The notes under the pieces are model-generated. The model was not told where the DNA came from. It worked only from the letters and a program-made list of their open reading frames with translations, and searched no databases. DNA of 64,000 nucleotides from the NCBI RefSeq assembly GCF_049995385.1, contig NZ_CP188261.1, positions 1,311,724 through 1,375,723 of the forward strand, read 5' to 3'. Shown piece by piece: positions 1-8,686 of the stretch (position 1 is the stretch's first letter; each line of letters begins with the position of its first letter). The DNA comes from Solidesulfovibrio sp. DCME. GTDB lineage: Bacteria > Desulfobacterota > Desulfovibrionia > Desulfovibrionales > Desulfovibrionaceae. Made by a program: the position numbers and the translations under genes.

Positions 1-503
1 TGCCCAAGGGCAAGGGCGGGGAGGGCGTGCGCATCCAGGGCGTGGACAACGTGCTGGTGCGCCTGGCCCAGTGCTGCAACCCCGTGCCCGGCGATCCCAT
101 CGTCGGCTACATTTCCCGGGGCCGGGGCGTGGTGGTGCACACCCACGACTGCCCCAACATCCCCAACCTCGAATCCGAGCGCCTCATTCAGGTCAACTGG
201 GAGGGCGAAAAGGAACAGCCCTATCCGGCCGGCCTTTCCATCCTGGCCAAGAACCAGAAGGGCGTGCTCGGCAAGATCTCCCACGTCCTGGCCGAGGAGG
301 GGGTCAACATCGACTCCGGCGCCATCCACTCCAACGTGGACGGCACAAGCCAGCTCCTTTTCCGCGTGGAAGTGCGCAACTCCAGCCACCTCTACCGGGC
401 CATCGACCGCTTAAGCCGCCTGGAGGCGGTCATCGCCGTCAAGCGCAAGGCCGTCACCGACGACCTGGGCACCGGCCCCGAAGCCGGCGAGCCCGGCGAA
501 TAG
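1..503 (+). CDS. RelA/SpoT-family (p)ppGpp synthetase/hydrolase, C-terminal fragment (gene begins upstream of window)
   Basis: The frame is open from the window edge (codon phase from nt 3). It carries LAQCCNPVPGDPIVGYISRGRGVVVHTHDCPN, typical of the RelA/SpoT C-terminal region, followed by an ACT-like domain. Stop at 501-503. Confidence 0.85.
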   Translation, partial: PKGKGGEGVRIQGVDNVLVRLAQCCNPVPGDPIVGYISRGRGVVVHTHDCPNIPNLESERLIQVNWEGEKEQPYPAGLSILAKNQKGVLGKISHVLAEEGVNIDSGAIHSNVDGTSQLLFRVEVRNSSHLYRAIDRLSRLEAVIAVKRKAVTDDLGTGPEAGEPGE

Positions 504-578
504 GGCCGCGCCGCCTGCCAGCCCGGCCCCTGGATTTTTTTTACCGCGGGCCGCGGAACCGTCCGGTTCCGCCACGGC

Positions 579-1235
579 TCATCCGCTGTCCGTGGCCGTG
601 GCGGCCTGTTCGGCCACCAGGTAGCCGATGAGCGCCGCGTTGAGGATGGAGCCGGTCGTGCCGCCGGCTGCGGCCGAGCCCGAGGCGGCGGCGAAGGCCG
701 AGGACGCCTTGGTGGTGATGGTCGGCATGGTCGCAGTATCGAGGCCGAGCTGCGTATAAAGGCTTGTGGCGGCGCTGTTTAAGCTGTTGGCGCCGCTGGT
801 CACGGCCGAAAGCCAGGCGCTCGACGCGTTGGACACCATGGCGCTGTTGCTGGCGATGGCCGCTGAGATCTGGGCCGCGGCATTGCTGGCCAGGGAATCG
901 AGCGTCGAGGCGGTGGCCGTGGGCATGGTGATCCCCTCGAGCGTCGAATACAGATTGGTCATGGCCGCCTGGCGCTCGGCCTGGGTGTCGGCGGCGGCCA
1001 TCTCGGTATTGTAGGCCGTCAGGGCGTCCATGTACTGGAATTGGACGCTGTCCTGGACTTCCGTGGGCACCAGGCTCTTCATGGTGGCGTTGAAGCTGGC
1101 CTTGGCCGCGGCGATATCCTCGCTGCGCGTGGCCGAGGAACTGGCCGCGCTTTCGGCGGACGAAAGCTTGGCGCAGGCCAGGCTGTACTGGTAGGCCCAA
1201 TTGACGACGCTATCCGTGCTTATACTCGTGGCCAT
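579..1235 (-). CDS. hypothetical Ala/Ser/Thr-rich protein (218 aa), no recognisable domain
   Basis: Track ORF 579..1316 trimmed to ATG 1235, which has GGAGG 5 nt upstream (cctcc at 1241-1245 on the + strand). Third-position GC is high. No signal peptide and no known motif. Confidence 0.6.
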   Translation of the reverse strand: MATSISTDSVVNWAYQYSLACAKLSSAESAASSSATRSEDIAAAKASFNATMKSLVPTEVQDSVQFQYMDALTAYNTEMAAADTQAERQAAMTNLYSTLEGITMPTATASTLDSLASNAAAQISAAIASNSAMVSNASSAWLSAVTSGANSLNSAATSLYTQLGLDTATMPTITTKASSAFAAASGSAAAGGTTGSILNAALIGYLVAEQAATATDSG

Positions 1236-1299
1236 ACGCGCCTCCGGGCGGCAAGTTCGGCCTCTTCCCGGCAGGGGAGGAGGGCTCGCCTGCAAGGAG

Positions 1300-1315
1300 A
1301 GCAAGAAGGCTGCCA
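1300..1315 (-). promoter_or_regulatory. sigma54-type -24/-12 promoter candidate
   Basis: The minus strand reads TGGCAGCCTTCTTGCT, matching TGGCAC-N5-TTGCW with GG and GC 10 nt apart. The -12 C lies 66 nt upstream of ATG 1235. Confidence 0.45.
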
Positions 1316-1455
1316 CAAGACGCTGTCCGTAACAGCTTGAAATGTCTGGCCGCTACCAAAGCCGGGCAGGCAGATTTTGCCGGGGGGCGAAACCGACGGG
1401 CCTGGGCCGCGTCCCCTGACGCACCCGCGTCGCGTCCCCCCGCACACCCCGCCGT

Positions 1456-1597
1456 GTCACCCGTTGGGCCAGGTGTTGCGGCCAACCGGGCCGCGTCTCC
1501 AGCCCCGCCCGCGCCGCGTCACCCGTCGGCCAGGCGAGCAGGCCAACCGGGCCGCCCCCGACCGGCGCTCCCCGGGCGTCGTCACCCACTCTCCACC
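1456..1597. repeat. three phased direct repeats upstream of the sigma54 candidate
   Basis: Units: gtcacccgttgggccaggtgttgcggccaaccgggccgc (1456), gtcacccgtcggccaggcgagcaggccaaccgggccgc (1518) and a truncated gtcacccac (1581). Spacing is 62-63 nt. They sit 140-280 nt upstream of the -24 element. Confidence 0.5.
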
Positions 1598-1704
1598 TTC
1601 CCGTCATCGTCGCTTCGAATCCATGAGGCAAAGGGGTAACGTTCGGTTCCCGGGAAAGCCCCGGGCCGGGTTCCCGTCAACCCTTCGCCAAGTGGAGACA
1701 CGCC

Positions 1705-2100
1705 ATGGGACAGCTTGAAGTGGATCGCTTCCACCAGGTATTGCGCGACATGCTCGAAACCCTCCTCGGCCAGACCCGCGACGCCATGGACGTCATGTCG
1801 CAGGAAGTGGCCAGTTTCGCCGATGTCACGGACCGGGCCACGGCCGAGTCCGACCGCCACCTGGGCATCATCATGCGCGAACGGGACCGCCAGCTCATCG
1901 CGGAGATCCACGAGGCCCTGGGCCGGGTCAAGGACGGCGAGTACGGCATCTGCCAGGAATGCGGCGAGGAGATCGGCCTGGCCAGGCTGCGCGCCCAGCC
2001 CACCGCCACCCTGTGCGTGCACTGCAAGTCCATGCTCGAAGACATGGGCCGGCCGCATCTGGCCGCCAGCCGCTTCGAGGTGCCGTTCCTGGAAGCCTAG
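1705..2100 (+). CDS. dksA: DksA/TraR-family C4 zinc-finger transcription factor
   Basis: 131 aa with a helical N-terminal part and a C-terminal four-Cys finger, CQECGEEIGLARLRAQPTATLCVHC. GGAGA lies 7 nt upstream of the ATG. Confidence 0.85.
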   Translation: MGQLEVDRFHQVLRDMLETLLGQTRDAMDVMSQEVASFADVTDRATAESDRHLGIIMRERDRQLIAEIHEALGRVKDGEYGICQECGEEIGLARLRAQPTATLCVHCKSMLEDMGRPHLAASRFEVPFLEA

Positions 2101-2114
2101 TGCGGTGCCCCTTT

Positions 2115-2135
2115 AAAAATACGCGAGTATTTTTT
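2115..2135. terminator. AT-rich hairpin in the convergent spacer (possible bidirectional terminator)
   Basis: aaaaatac-gcga-gtattttt forms an 8-bp stem with an A-run on the left and a T-run on the right. It lies between the dksA stop and the histidine-kinase stop. The stem is only A/T, so it is weak. Confidence 0.3.
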
Positions 2136-2199
2136 GAAGAATAATTAATCATTCTCAGGTGTTGCCCTTGAAGTGCCCCGTATCCTCTTCAAGGGCGCG

Positions 2200-3285
2200 T
2201 CACCGGCCGCCAAGGCGCACCACGGCCAGGCAGCCGCCGTCCGGGCCGGACGACAGTTCCAGGTCGCCGCCGAGTTCCTCGGCGTTTCTCCGGGCGATGG
2301 GCAGCCCCATGCCCACCCCCACCGCCTTGGTGGTGAAAAACGGATCGAAGGCAAAGGGCCGGATGTCCTCGGGCAACCCCGGCCCCTGGTCCGTCACCTC
2401 CAGGCACAGGCCCGGGTCCCGGCGGCGCCAGCGCACGGTAATGACGCCAGGCGACGGCCGGCCGGCCACGGCCTCCAGGGCGTTGGCGAGCAGTTCCGTG
2501 AGCAACTCCTCGAGCAGGGGCGCGTCCAGCCGGACAAGGCCCGTGTCCGCGTCCAGGACCAGGGGCGCGGCCAGCCCCGTGCGCGTGCGGGCCGCCGCCA
2601 TGGCCCGAATGGCCAGGTCGGCCGGGTCGGCCATGATCGGCGCGGGGGCGCGCCGGGTGGCGTAGCGCGACACGGCCCGCACCACGTCTTCCAGCCGCCT
2701 GGCGCCGTCGAGGATCATGGACAGGGCGGCCGCGTCGGGATCGCCCTCGGGATGGCGGCGCAACAGCCGGCCGGTAAAGCCGCCGATGACCATGAGCGGG
2801 TTGCGGATCTGATGGGCCACGGCCAGGGAAAAGCGCCCCAGGCCCTCGATGCGCTCGTGCTGGGCGGCCTGGATGCCGAGCAGCATGGCCCGTTCCCGGG
2901 CGTGCAGGTCGAAGATCTCCGTCATGTCGTCGATCTCGAAGAGGATGCCGAAAATTTTCTCGTTTTCCAGAAGCAGCGAGGCCGACAGGCGCAGGTGCCG
3001 GTCCCGGCCGTCGGGGTGGCGGTAGAGGCAGGTCAGGGGCTCGGGCTTGCGGCCGTGCTTGATGGGCGCGGCCAAAAACCGGGCCAGGCGCCGGGGCGCG
3101 TCGGTGCGCCCGACGATGGCCCGGGCCGTGGCCGGGGCGGCCAGGTGCTCGGGCGTTTCGCCTAGCAATGCCGCGGCGGCCGGGTTGGAGGCGTAGACCC
3201 GCCCCTTGCTGTTGGCAATGACCACGCCGGCCGAAAAGCCGGCCAGCAGGTCGTGAAAATAGGTGGAATGGGCGAAGGTCAGCAT
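2200..3285 (-). CDS. PAS-domain sensor histidine kinase
   Basis: 361 aa with an N-terminal PAS-like region and the H-box AVAHQIRNPL. ATPase motifs present: ELLANALEA (N box), DQGPGL (G1) and GVGMGL (G2). Confidence 0.85.
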   Translation of the reverse strand: MLTFAHSTYFHDLLAGFSAGVVIANSKGRVYASNPAAAALLGETPEHLAAPATARAIVGRTDAPRRLARFLAAPIKHGRKPEPLTCLYRHPDGRDRHLRLSASLLLENEKIFGILFEIDDMTEIFDLHARERAMLLGIQAAQHERIEGLGRFSLAVAHQIRNPLMVIGGFTGRLLRRHPEGDPDAAALSMILDGARRLEDVVRAVSRYATRRAPAPIMADPADLAIRAMAAARTRTGLAAPLVLDADTGLVRLDAPLLEELLTELLANALEAVAGRPSPGVITVRWRRRDPGLCLEVTDQGPGLPEDIRPFAFDPFFTTKAVGVGMGLPIARRNAEELGGDLELSSGPDGGCLAVVRLGGR

Positions 3286-3485
3286 GGCGCCTCGCGGTTT
3301 TGGAGGGGAAGACGGGTCCAGTATGGGAGGGACGGGTTACGGCCGTGTGACGCGCCGAGCGGCCTGACGGATCACGTTTTTGTCGGGCCGGGGGACAGTT
3401 TTGTAGAAACCCTGGCGAGCCTTTTCGGGATACGCCATGATGCCGGGCTGTTGGCCGTTGGCCCGATTTTTGCTAATCCCGGTCC

Positions 3486-4439
3486 ATGGATACCGTGACC
3501 ACTGCCTATGGCCCCCTGCCCGTGGCCGGCCGGCCGGACCGCCATCCGGACGGCGGCGTGCGGGCCCTGTCCCTGGCCGGCCCGGCCGCCCTGGAGACTT
3601 CCATCGGCCGCCTGGTGCCCCAGTACAGCATCGACGACAGCCGGCGCATGCACCAGCCGCCCCTGACCTTTCACGAAAACGGCCAGGTGCGCTCCCTGCC
3701 GCTGGAATCGCGCACCGTGGTGGAAACGCCCGTCGGCCCCTTGCCGGCGGAACTGGTGACCTTCCACGACAACGGGGCGGTGGCCCGGGTGTTTCCCTTA
3801 AACGGCAAGCTCTCGGGCTATTGGACCGAGGCCGACGAGGCGAACCTGGCCGAGGTGCTGCGCCTGGAGACGCCCCTCGGTCCGATTGCGGCCAAATTCG
3901 TGGCCATAGCCTTCGATGCCGGCGGTGCGCTGCGCAGCCTGACCTTGTGGCCGGGCGAGGAGGTGACGGTCAGGACGCCGGCCGGCAACGCGCCGGTGCG
4001 CCTGGGCGTAAGCTTCCATCCCGGTGGCGCCTTGCGTTCGGTGGAGCCGGCCCGCCCCCTGGAGACGCCCACGCCCCTCGGCCCCATCTGGGCCTTCGAC
4101 CCCGACGCCGTGGGTATCAGCGGCGACGAGAATTCCCTGGGCTTTTCGCCGGCCGGCGAAGTGACGCGCATCGCCACGGTGCGCACGAGCCTTGCCGCCC
4201 GGCTTGCGGACGGGACGCGCCTGGAACTGGCCCCGGCCGTGCGCGACAGCATCTGCGGCGACGGCGACCGGGAGATCACCCCCCTGGTGCTGGAGATCGG
4301 CCAGGACACCGTCATCGCCCGCCACGGCCGCCACGGCCGCCCCATGGCCGTGCTGGCCCGGGCCACGACGGCCTTTGCGGCCCGGCCTTTCGTGTCCGCC
4401 TTTGCCGTGCCGCTCACGCCTAAACAATGTTCCATGTAG
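3486..4439 (+). CDS. hypothetical repeat protein (MORN-variant/YwqK-like repeats)
   Basis: 317 aa with a recurring unit: LTFHENGQVRSL, VTFHDNGAVARV, IAFDAGGALRSL, VSFHPGGALRSV, LGFSPAGEVTRI. No RBS precedes the ATG, so the start is uncertain. Confidence 0.55.
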   Translation: MDTVTTAYGPLPVAGRPDRHPDGGVRALSLAGPAALETSIGRLVPQYSIDDSRRMHQPPLTFHENGQVRSLPLESRTVVETPVGPLPAELVTFHDNGAVARVFPLNGKLSGYWTEADEANLAEVLRLETPLGPIAAKFVAIAFDAGGALRSLTLWPGEEVTVRTPAGNAPVRLGVSFHPGGALRSVEPARPLETPTPLGPIWAFDPDAVGISGDENSLGFSPAGEVTRIATVRTSLAARLADGTRLELAPAVRDSICGDGDREITPLVLEIGQDTVIARHGRHGRPMAVLARATTAFAARPFVSAFAVPLTPKQCSM

Positions 4440-4450
4440 GCCGGTTTTCC

Positions 4451-4479
4451 TTGACGCCTCCCCCTTTCGTGCTGATAGT
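4451..4479 (+). promoter_or_regulatory. sigma70-type promoter candidate
   Basis: TTGACG (4451-4456), a 17-nt spacer, then GATAGT (4474-4479). It lies about 185 nt upstream of the GTG at 4665. Confidence 0.3.
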
Positions 4480-4664
4480 TTACAGTTACCGGAGCCTGTT
4501 GTGTGCGGAACGTTCCATGGGGAACGCTGCCGCGCGGCCAGTCCGGGCCGGCGGAACGTCCGTCTCGGCCGTGCATGGGGCCGCGCGACATTGTGGCGTA
4601 ACAAGGCTTCCGGTTTCCCCGGCCGGGCTCCCGCTCGCCGGATCGGCTCCCAAGGAGGACGCTC

Positions 4665-5582
4665 GTGCGCAAGGCCACCGGTTTACTGATGGCTGTTTTC
4701 GTACTTCTCACCTTGTCCCTGCATGACGCCTGGGCCAAGCGCCTGGGCGGCGGCGGTTCCATCGGCAACCGCCAGTCCTTTTCCACCACCACCCGCCCGG
4801 ACATGGGCGCGCCGTCGGGGTCCTTCGGGGCCGGCCAGGCGTCGCGGCCGACGAACCCCATGGGCGCGGCCAACCCCGGCGGCGGCATGTTCTCCCGGCC
4901 GGGCATCGGCGGCATGCTCGGCGGGCTGCTGGTGGGCGGGCTGGTCGGTTCGATGCTTTTCGGCGGCGGCCACGGCGGCGGCTGGGGCGGCCCGAGCCTG
5001 CTCGATATCCTGCTCATCGGCGGCGGGCTGTTCCTGCTGTTCCGTTTCTTAAGCGCCCGACGCGCGGCCACCCAGTCCGGACCGGGCACGGCCCGGACCT
5101 ACACGGCCGAGCCGGTGCGCGAGGTGCCGCCCCTGCGCGAGGCGGCGGCAAGCGGCTGGTCCAACCTGGAGGCCGCGCCCCAGGCATCGTCCGGGTCCCG
5201 GGTTCCCCCGGGCTTTGACGCCGACGAGTTCCTGGCCGGGGCCAAGACCCTCTACACCCGGCTGCAACGCTCCTGGAGCGCCCGGGACCTCAAGGACATC
5301 GAGGCCTTTTCCACCCCGGCCTTCATGACCGACGTGCGCAGGCAGGCGGCCGAGGACCCCACGCCCACGCCCACCGACGTGCTGCTCGTGGACGCCAAGC
5401 TGCTGGAAGTGCGCAAGCAAGGCGGCGTGACCATCGCCTCGGCCTACTTCGATACGCTGCTGCGCGAGGACCCCAAGGCCGGCCAGCCGGAACAGGTCCG
5501 CGAGGTCTGGCATTTCGTGCGCCGCGACGACACGCCCGGCGACAACTGGCGCCTGGACGCCATCCAGCAGTTGGACGGGTAG
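4665..5582 (+). CDS. Tim44-like domain protein with signal peptide and Gly-rich linker
   Basis: GTG start preceded by AAGGAGGA. Signal peptide MRKATGLLMAVFVLLTLSLHDAWA, then a Gly-rich stretch and a hydrophobic segment. The C-terminal ~150 aa (FDADEFLAGAK...WRLDAIQQ) fit the Tim44-like domain pattern. Confidence 0.7.
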   Translation: MRKATGLLMAVFVLLTLSLHDAWAKRLGGGGSIGNRQSFSTTTRPDMGAPSGSFGAGQASRPTNPMGAANPGGGMFSRPGIGGMLGGLLVGGLVGSMLFGGGHGGGWGGPSLLDILLIGGGLFLLFRFLSARRAATQSGPGTARTYTAEPVREVPPLREAAASGWSNLEAAPQASSGSRVPPGFDADEFLAGAKTLYTRLQRSWSARDLKDIEAFSTPAFMTDVRRQAAEDPTPTPTDVLLVDAKLLEVRKQGGVTIASAYFDTLLREDPKAGQPEQVREVWHFVRRDDTPGDNWRLDAIQQLDG

Positions 5583-5760
5583 GCAGTAAGGTCGGGAAGG
5601 AAGCCTCCGGCGGCCAGGAGGGGCCGGGGGCCCCTCCTGGACCACCCCTTTCGGGGGCCGGGCCGATCCCATGGGGCGGCCCGGCCCCTGCGTTTTCAGG
5701 GTCAGGAGGCGTTGGTGGGCCGGGCGGGCTTGCCGGGCCGTTGCCCGCGCGCCCGCGCCG

Positions 5761-7149
5761 TCAGGGCGCGACCGTGGGCAGCCCGGCCCGGCCCCAGGCG
5801 ATCATGCCGCCGGCAACCGAGCGCACGTCGGCGCAGCCCTTGGCGGCCAGGGCGCTGCCGATGATGTTGGAGCGGTAGCCCGAGCCGCAGACGACGGCCA
5901 CCGGGCCGTCCAGGCAAAAATCCACGCCCCGCTCCAGGATGTCGGCAAAGGGCCGGTGCAGGGCCTGGGCGATATGGCCGGCTTCCCATTCGGCCTCGGT
6001 GCGCACGTCCAGGGTGAGCGGCGGCCTGTCGCCGGAAAGGGCCATCGCCAGGTCGCGCACGGACATCTGGGGCAGCGAGGCCACGGGCCGGCCGCTCAAG
6101 GTCCAGGCGGCCATGCCGCCGGCCAGGTGGCCCAGGATGGCGTCGTAGCCGATGCGGAAAAGCTCCAGGCGCATGGCCGCGGCCCGTTCCCGGTCGGCGG
6201 CGACGATGAGGATCCTGGCTCCCGGGGCCACGGACATGCCCACCCAGTTGGCCAGTTGCTTGTCGAAGCCGATATTCAGGCTGCCGGGGATGTGGGCGCC
6301 ACCGTAGGCCGCGGCGTCGCGGCTGTCGATGACCACCGTGCCCGGCTCCGCCCGCAGCGCGGCGAAGCGTTCGAGGGACAGTTCGCGCTCGCTGGGGCAG
6401 GCCTCGCCCAGGGGGGCGCCGGCGCGGTTTGTTTCGATGATGTGGGAAAAGCTCTTGGGCCGGGCGGGCAGGCGGGCCAGGATGGCCTGCTTGAAGGCGG
6501 CGAAGTCGGCGTAGCCGAGCATGGGGTTGGCCCGGCGCTCGTAGCCGAGCGTGGAGGAACCCTTGGCGCTCATGCCCCGGCCGCACAGCGAGCCCTGGCC
6601 GTGGGCCGGGTAGACCTCCAGTTCCGGTGGCAGGGCGCCGAGTTTGACGTAGAGGCTGTCGTGGAGGTTTCGCACCTGCTCGTCGAGGATCTCCGCCCCG
6701 GGCAGGTCCGGCCGGCCGATGTCGCCGACGAAAAGCACGTCGCCGGTGAGCACCATCTGCGGCCCGGGCGAACGGGCCAGGTCGCTGACGAGCAGCGACA
6801 CGGAATTGGGGGTGTGCCCGGGCGTGTACAGGACCTGCAACCGGGCCGCCCCGAACTCCAGCACCTGCCCCTCGGCCAGGGGCTCGTGGGGGTAGGCCAC
6901 GCCCGCCCCGGGGTGGATGTGGATGGTGGCGCCGGTTGCCGCGCGCAGTTCCTGGCCGCCGCTTATGTGGTCGGCGTGCAGGTGGGTTTCGATGACCGCC
7001 GCGATGGCCATGCCCTCGTCGCGGGCGATCTCCAGGTAGCAGTCGATGTCGCGCTTGGGGTCGACCACGGCGCACACGCGGGCCGCCGGGCAGCCCAGGA
7101 CGTAGGAAAAGCAGCCGAGCCCCGGTGTCTGTATCTGTTTGAAGTACAT
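5761..7149 (-). CDS. MBL-fold hydrolase (glyoxalase II/ETHE1-like) fused to two rhodanese domains
   Basis: Track ORF trimmed to ATG 7149, which has an AAGGAG RBS. It carries the HLHADH metal motif. The second rhodanese domain has the active-site loop VVCGSGYRS. Confidence 0.8.
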   Translation of the reverse strand: MYFKQIQTPGLGCFSYVLGCPAARVCAVVDPKRDIDCYLEIARDEGMAIAAVIETHLHADHISGGQELRAATGATIHIHPGAGVAYPHEPLAEGQVLEFGAARLQVLYTPGHTPNSVSLLVSDLARSPGPQMVLTGDVLFVGDIGRPDLPGAEILDEQVRNLHDSLYVKLGALPPELEVYPAHGQGSLCGRGMSAKGSSTLGYERRANPMLGYADFAAFKQAILARLPARPKSFSHIIETNRAGAPLGEACPSERELSLERFAALRAEPGTVVIDSRDAAAYGGAHIPGSLNIGFDKQLANWVGMSVAPGARILIVAADRERAAAMRLELFRIGYDAILGHLAGGMAAWTLSGRPVASLPQMSVRDLAMALSGDRPPLTLDVRTEAEWEAGHIAQALHRPFADILERGVDFCLDGPVAVVCGSGYRSNIIGSALAAKGCADVRSVAGGMIAWGRAGLPTVAP

Positions 7150-7220
7150 GCCGTCTCCTTGGCTGTGCCGCAAAAGGGTTTTCCCTTCCTCCTCTCGCCC
7201 CGCGCCCGCCCTCGGTCAAG

Positions 7221-8048
7221 TCAGGGCCGGATGCGCAGGCCGCAGCCCGTTTCCGTCACCTCGCCGGGGAACCGGCGGCGCAGGAAGTCGATGGCGGCCT
7301 GGCCGGTGCAGTGGCCGGGATAGAGGCGCTGGACGCCGAACGTTTCCAGGGTGCTCACGGCCTGTTCCAGGGCTTGGGGGCTGGCCCCGCCGAGGTGCAG
7401 GCCGCCGGCCACGGCGCCGATGCGCGTGTGCCCCAGGCGGGCCTTGACCTGGGCCAGGCTGTTGGCCAGCCCGGCATGGCAGCAGCCCAGCAGCACGAAG
7501 GGGCCGTCGGTCCCCTCGAGGACCAGGAAGGCGTCGTCGGGCACGCTGTCCCCGACACGGCCGGTTGCGTCCCGAAACAGGTTTTCCGTGGCCTCGTGGT
7601 TGCCGGGCAGGCGCGGGATGGCGGCGAGCATGGTCACGCCCGGGGCGATTTCCCGGCTGCCGTCCACGGCAACAAATCCCGGGATGCCGCCGGCCAGGCG
7701 GCCGTCGCCCATGCCGATGGAGCGGAAGGTGGTGCCGTCGCGGCGGCTGTAGCGGCGCAGCAGCACGTCAGGATGCCCGTAGACCGGGCCGGCATAGCCG
7801 GCGGCGAGCAGCCCGGGCAGGCCGCCGGCATGGTCGTGGTGGCCGTGGCTGAGGGCCACCGCCCGGGCCGTGGCCGGATCGAGGCCAAGGGCGCGGGCGT
7901 TTTCCAGGAAGACCCCCGTTTGTCCCGTATCCCAGACCAGGCCGCCGTCCGGGCCGCCGTCGAGCCAGGCCGACCAGCCGTGCTCGAAGGCCAGCCGGTC
8001 GTCGAGGCTGCGGTTGTCGGACAGGATCACGATCTGGGAAACGGTCAT
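7221..8048 (-). CDS. small MBL-fold metallo-hydrolase (COG1237-like)
   Basis: 275 aa with the SHGHHDHAGG metal motif and later CCHAG and PGHCTG motifs. Confidence 0.75.
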   Translation of the reverse strand: MTVSQIVILSDNRSLDDRLAFEHGWSAWLDGGPDGGLVWDTGQTGVFLENARALGLDPATARAVALSHGHHDHAGGLPGLLAAGYAGPVYGHPDVLLRRYSRRDGTTFRSIGMGDGRLAGGIPGFVAVDGSREIAPGVTMLAAIPRLPGNHEATENLFRDATGRVGDSVPDDAFLVLEGTDGPFVLLGCCHAGLANSLAQVKARLGHTRIGAVAGGLHLGGASPQALEQAVSTLETFGVQRLYPGHCTGQAAIDFLRRRFPGEVTETGCGLRIRP

Positions 8049-8061
8049 GGCGGCTCCCGGC

Positions 8062-8421
8062 TCAGGCGATGCGGCCCAGGGCGTCCAGCAGTTCCCCGGC
8101 CTGGACCGGCCCCGGGGGAGAGGGCAGGCGCATAAGGATGCCCAGCCCTTCGCCGGCTTCGTGAAAGCCCTCGGCGGACAGTTCGGACACCACGGCCGTA
8201 TCCACCAGGGCGTTTAGGGCCATGAGCCGGGCGACCAGGCTGAAGGCGTCGGTGTCCGGCAGCCCGGCGTCGACCACACAGAGCTTGGGTGGGGCGGTGG
8301 CCACCCGGGCGGCGGCCTCTTGCCCGCTGCCCACGACCAGGACGGTGTTCCCCGCGTCGGCCAGGCCTTGGCCAAAGCCTGCCAGGGCCTCGGGTCGCGG
8401 CGTCGCGATCAGGATATCCAT
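8062..8421 (-). CDS. receiver-like (degenerate CheY fold) protein
   Basis: 119 aa. LCVVDAGLPDTDAF resembles the phospho-acceptor strand of receiver domains, but the N-terminal acidic pair is absent. It lies 13 nt upstream of the MBL gene. Confidence 0.45.
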   Translation of the reverse strand: MDILIATPRPEALAGFGQGLADAGNTVLVVGSGQEAAARVATAPPKLCVVDAGLPDTDAFSLVARLMALNALVDTAVVSELSAEGFHEAGEGLGILMRLPSPPGPVQAGELLDALGRIA

Positions 8422-8433
8422 GCTGCTCCTTCC

Positions 8434-8679
8434 TCAGGCCTTGCCACAGCACGAGCCCGGGCCGGCACAGCCGGCCTGGCCGGGGCGCGAGCCGCAGCAG
8501 CCGTGGTCCGAGGGGCCGGGCAAGCCGCTGGCCGCTTTACCGGTGAGCGAACTTGTCGGGGACAACAGTTTCACGGCCGGCGCGCCGCAGCGCGGACAGG
8601 CCGGCGCATCCTCGGCCCCGGGCCGGATGACCTCCCCCGCAAACCCGCATCCTGGGCACTCGATATCATAAATAGGCAT
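8434..8679 (-). CDS. FmdB-family zinc-ribbon protein with Cys/Gly-rich tail
   Basis: 81 aa with a CPGCG...CPRCG ribbon and the tail CCGSRPGQAGCAGPGSCCG. GGAGG-rich sequence lies just upstream of the ATG. Confidence 0.7.
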   Translation of the reverse strand: MPIYDIECPGCGFAGEVIRPGAEDAPACPRCGAPAVKLLSPTSSLTGKAASGLPGPSDHGCCGSRPGQAGCAGPGSCCGKA

Positions 8680-8686
8680 TCCTTTT

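Noticed and set aside
1605-1625. ttcgaatcc, resembling a tRNA T-loop.
   Set aside because: The flanking bases cannot form a T-arm or acceptor stem. No cloverleaf can be drawn.
3459-3474. TGGCCCGATTTTTGCT, a good sigma54 -24/-12 match on the + strand upstream of gene 3486..4439.
   Set aside because: The -12 GC is only about 12 nt from the ATG, which would give an essentially leaderless mRNA with no RBS. Adjacent ttggcc duplications suggest a chance match. It is kept only as a note.
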